In this document: positions 63,684 to 64,000 of the stretch, in pieces | Numbering within the stretch: the stretch's first letter is position 1 | Layout of the letters: every line of letters starts with the position of its first letter | Assembly: GCA_963705255.1 (NCBI GenBank) | Contig: OY970061.1 | Span: 704,001-768,000 of the forward strand | DNA: 64,000 nucleotides | Direction: 5' to 3' | Source of the DNA: an uncultured Methanoregulaceae archaeon | GTDB taxonomy: Archaea > Halobacteriota > Methanomicrobia > Methanomicrobiales > Methanospirillaceae | Translations under genes and position numbers: made by a program | Notes under the pieces: model-generated | What the model was told of the DNA's origin: nothing | Seen by the model: the letters and a program-made list of their open reading frames with translations, nothing else | The model's database searches: none

Positions 63684-64000
63684 TCAGGAACCGATGGTCA
63701 GGAGACCCTGTTTCTTGATCTTGGTCATCATGTGGAACAGGTCCCAGAACTTGGTGTAGCCGGCCTTATGGAGCCGTTCAAGAATTTTTGCCCGTTTCTC
63801 GACTTCAAGGTAAATTTCAGACTTCTTGCTGTCCGGCATTCCCAGCATCGTCGCAATCTTGTTCTCCAGCAGATAGGAACTGCCTTTTCCTGACCACGTG
63901 AATGTATCGGTCACCGGCTCCCAACTGAACATCTCGACAAAAGTGAACCCCTGGGTTTCCGGGTTGAAACCCACCAGTTCGTTGCAGCTGATCATCCGGC
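63684..64000 (-). CDS. flaI: archaellum ATPase FlaI, C-terminal part (truncated by window edge)
   Basis: FSWEPVTDTF..GSSYLLENKIA..IY.E..KRAKIL. Confidence 0.85.
   Translation of the reverse strand, partial: RMISCNELVGFNPETQGFTFVEMFSWEPVTDTFTWSGKGSSYLLENKIATMLGMPDSKKSEIYLEVEKRAKILERLHKAGYTKFWDLFHMMTKIKKQGLLTIGS

Noticed and set aside
1-64000. tRNA, rRNA, transposase or integrase genes
   Set aside because: None recognisable by eye in the intergenic regions or ORFs

Overview
Archaeal chromosomal segment from a hydrogenotrophic methanogen, most likely Methanomicrobiales/Methanoregula-like (inferred from gene content). From left to right it carries: a partial Dam-type methylase; a CODH-less acetyl-CoA synthase operon (bacterial-type acsB, cdhD, cdhE, RACo/acsV, a core-MetE/MesB-like methionine synthase, cooC/acsF); pdaD; a 2H-phosphoesterase/metallophosphoesterase fusion; mutS-mutL-mutY-like; an anaerobic cobalamin operon (cbiTLFGHCDE); a variable region (AT-rich islet, serine hydrolase, vapBC); pan; cyaB; an FKBP; a ribosome-rescue cluster (pelA-rqcH opposite EMC6-like-ABCE1); and the end of an archaellum/chemotaxis operon (flaI, flaJ, unknown gene, cheFYBACD). 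About 13 genes have single-base frameshifts that look like long-read errors. The main unexplained signals are a three-copy structured intergenic repeat with a compensatory base change, a ~170-nt multi-hairpin ncRNA candidate with its own TATA box at ~54.8-55.0 kb, recurring paired C(UGAY)G-capped hairpins, and the ACS-to-methionine module. All family assignments are from motif recognition by eye; no searches or folding programs were run.
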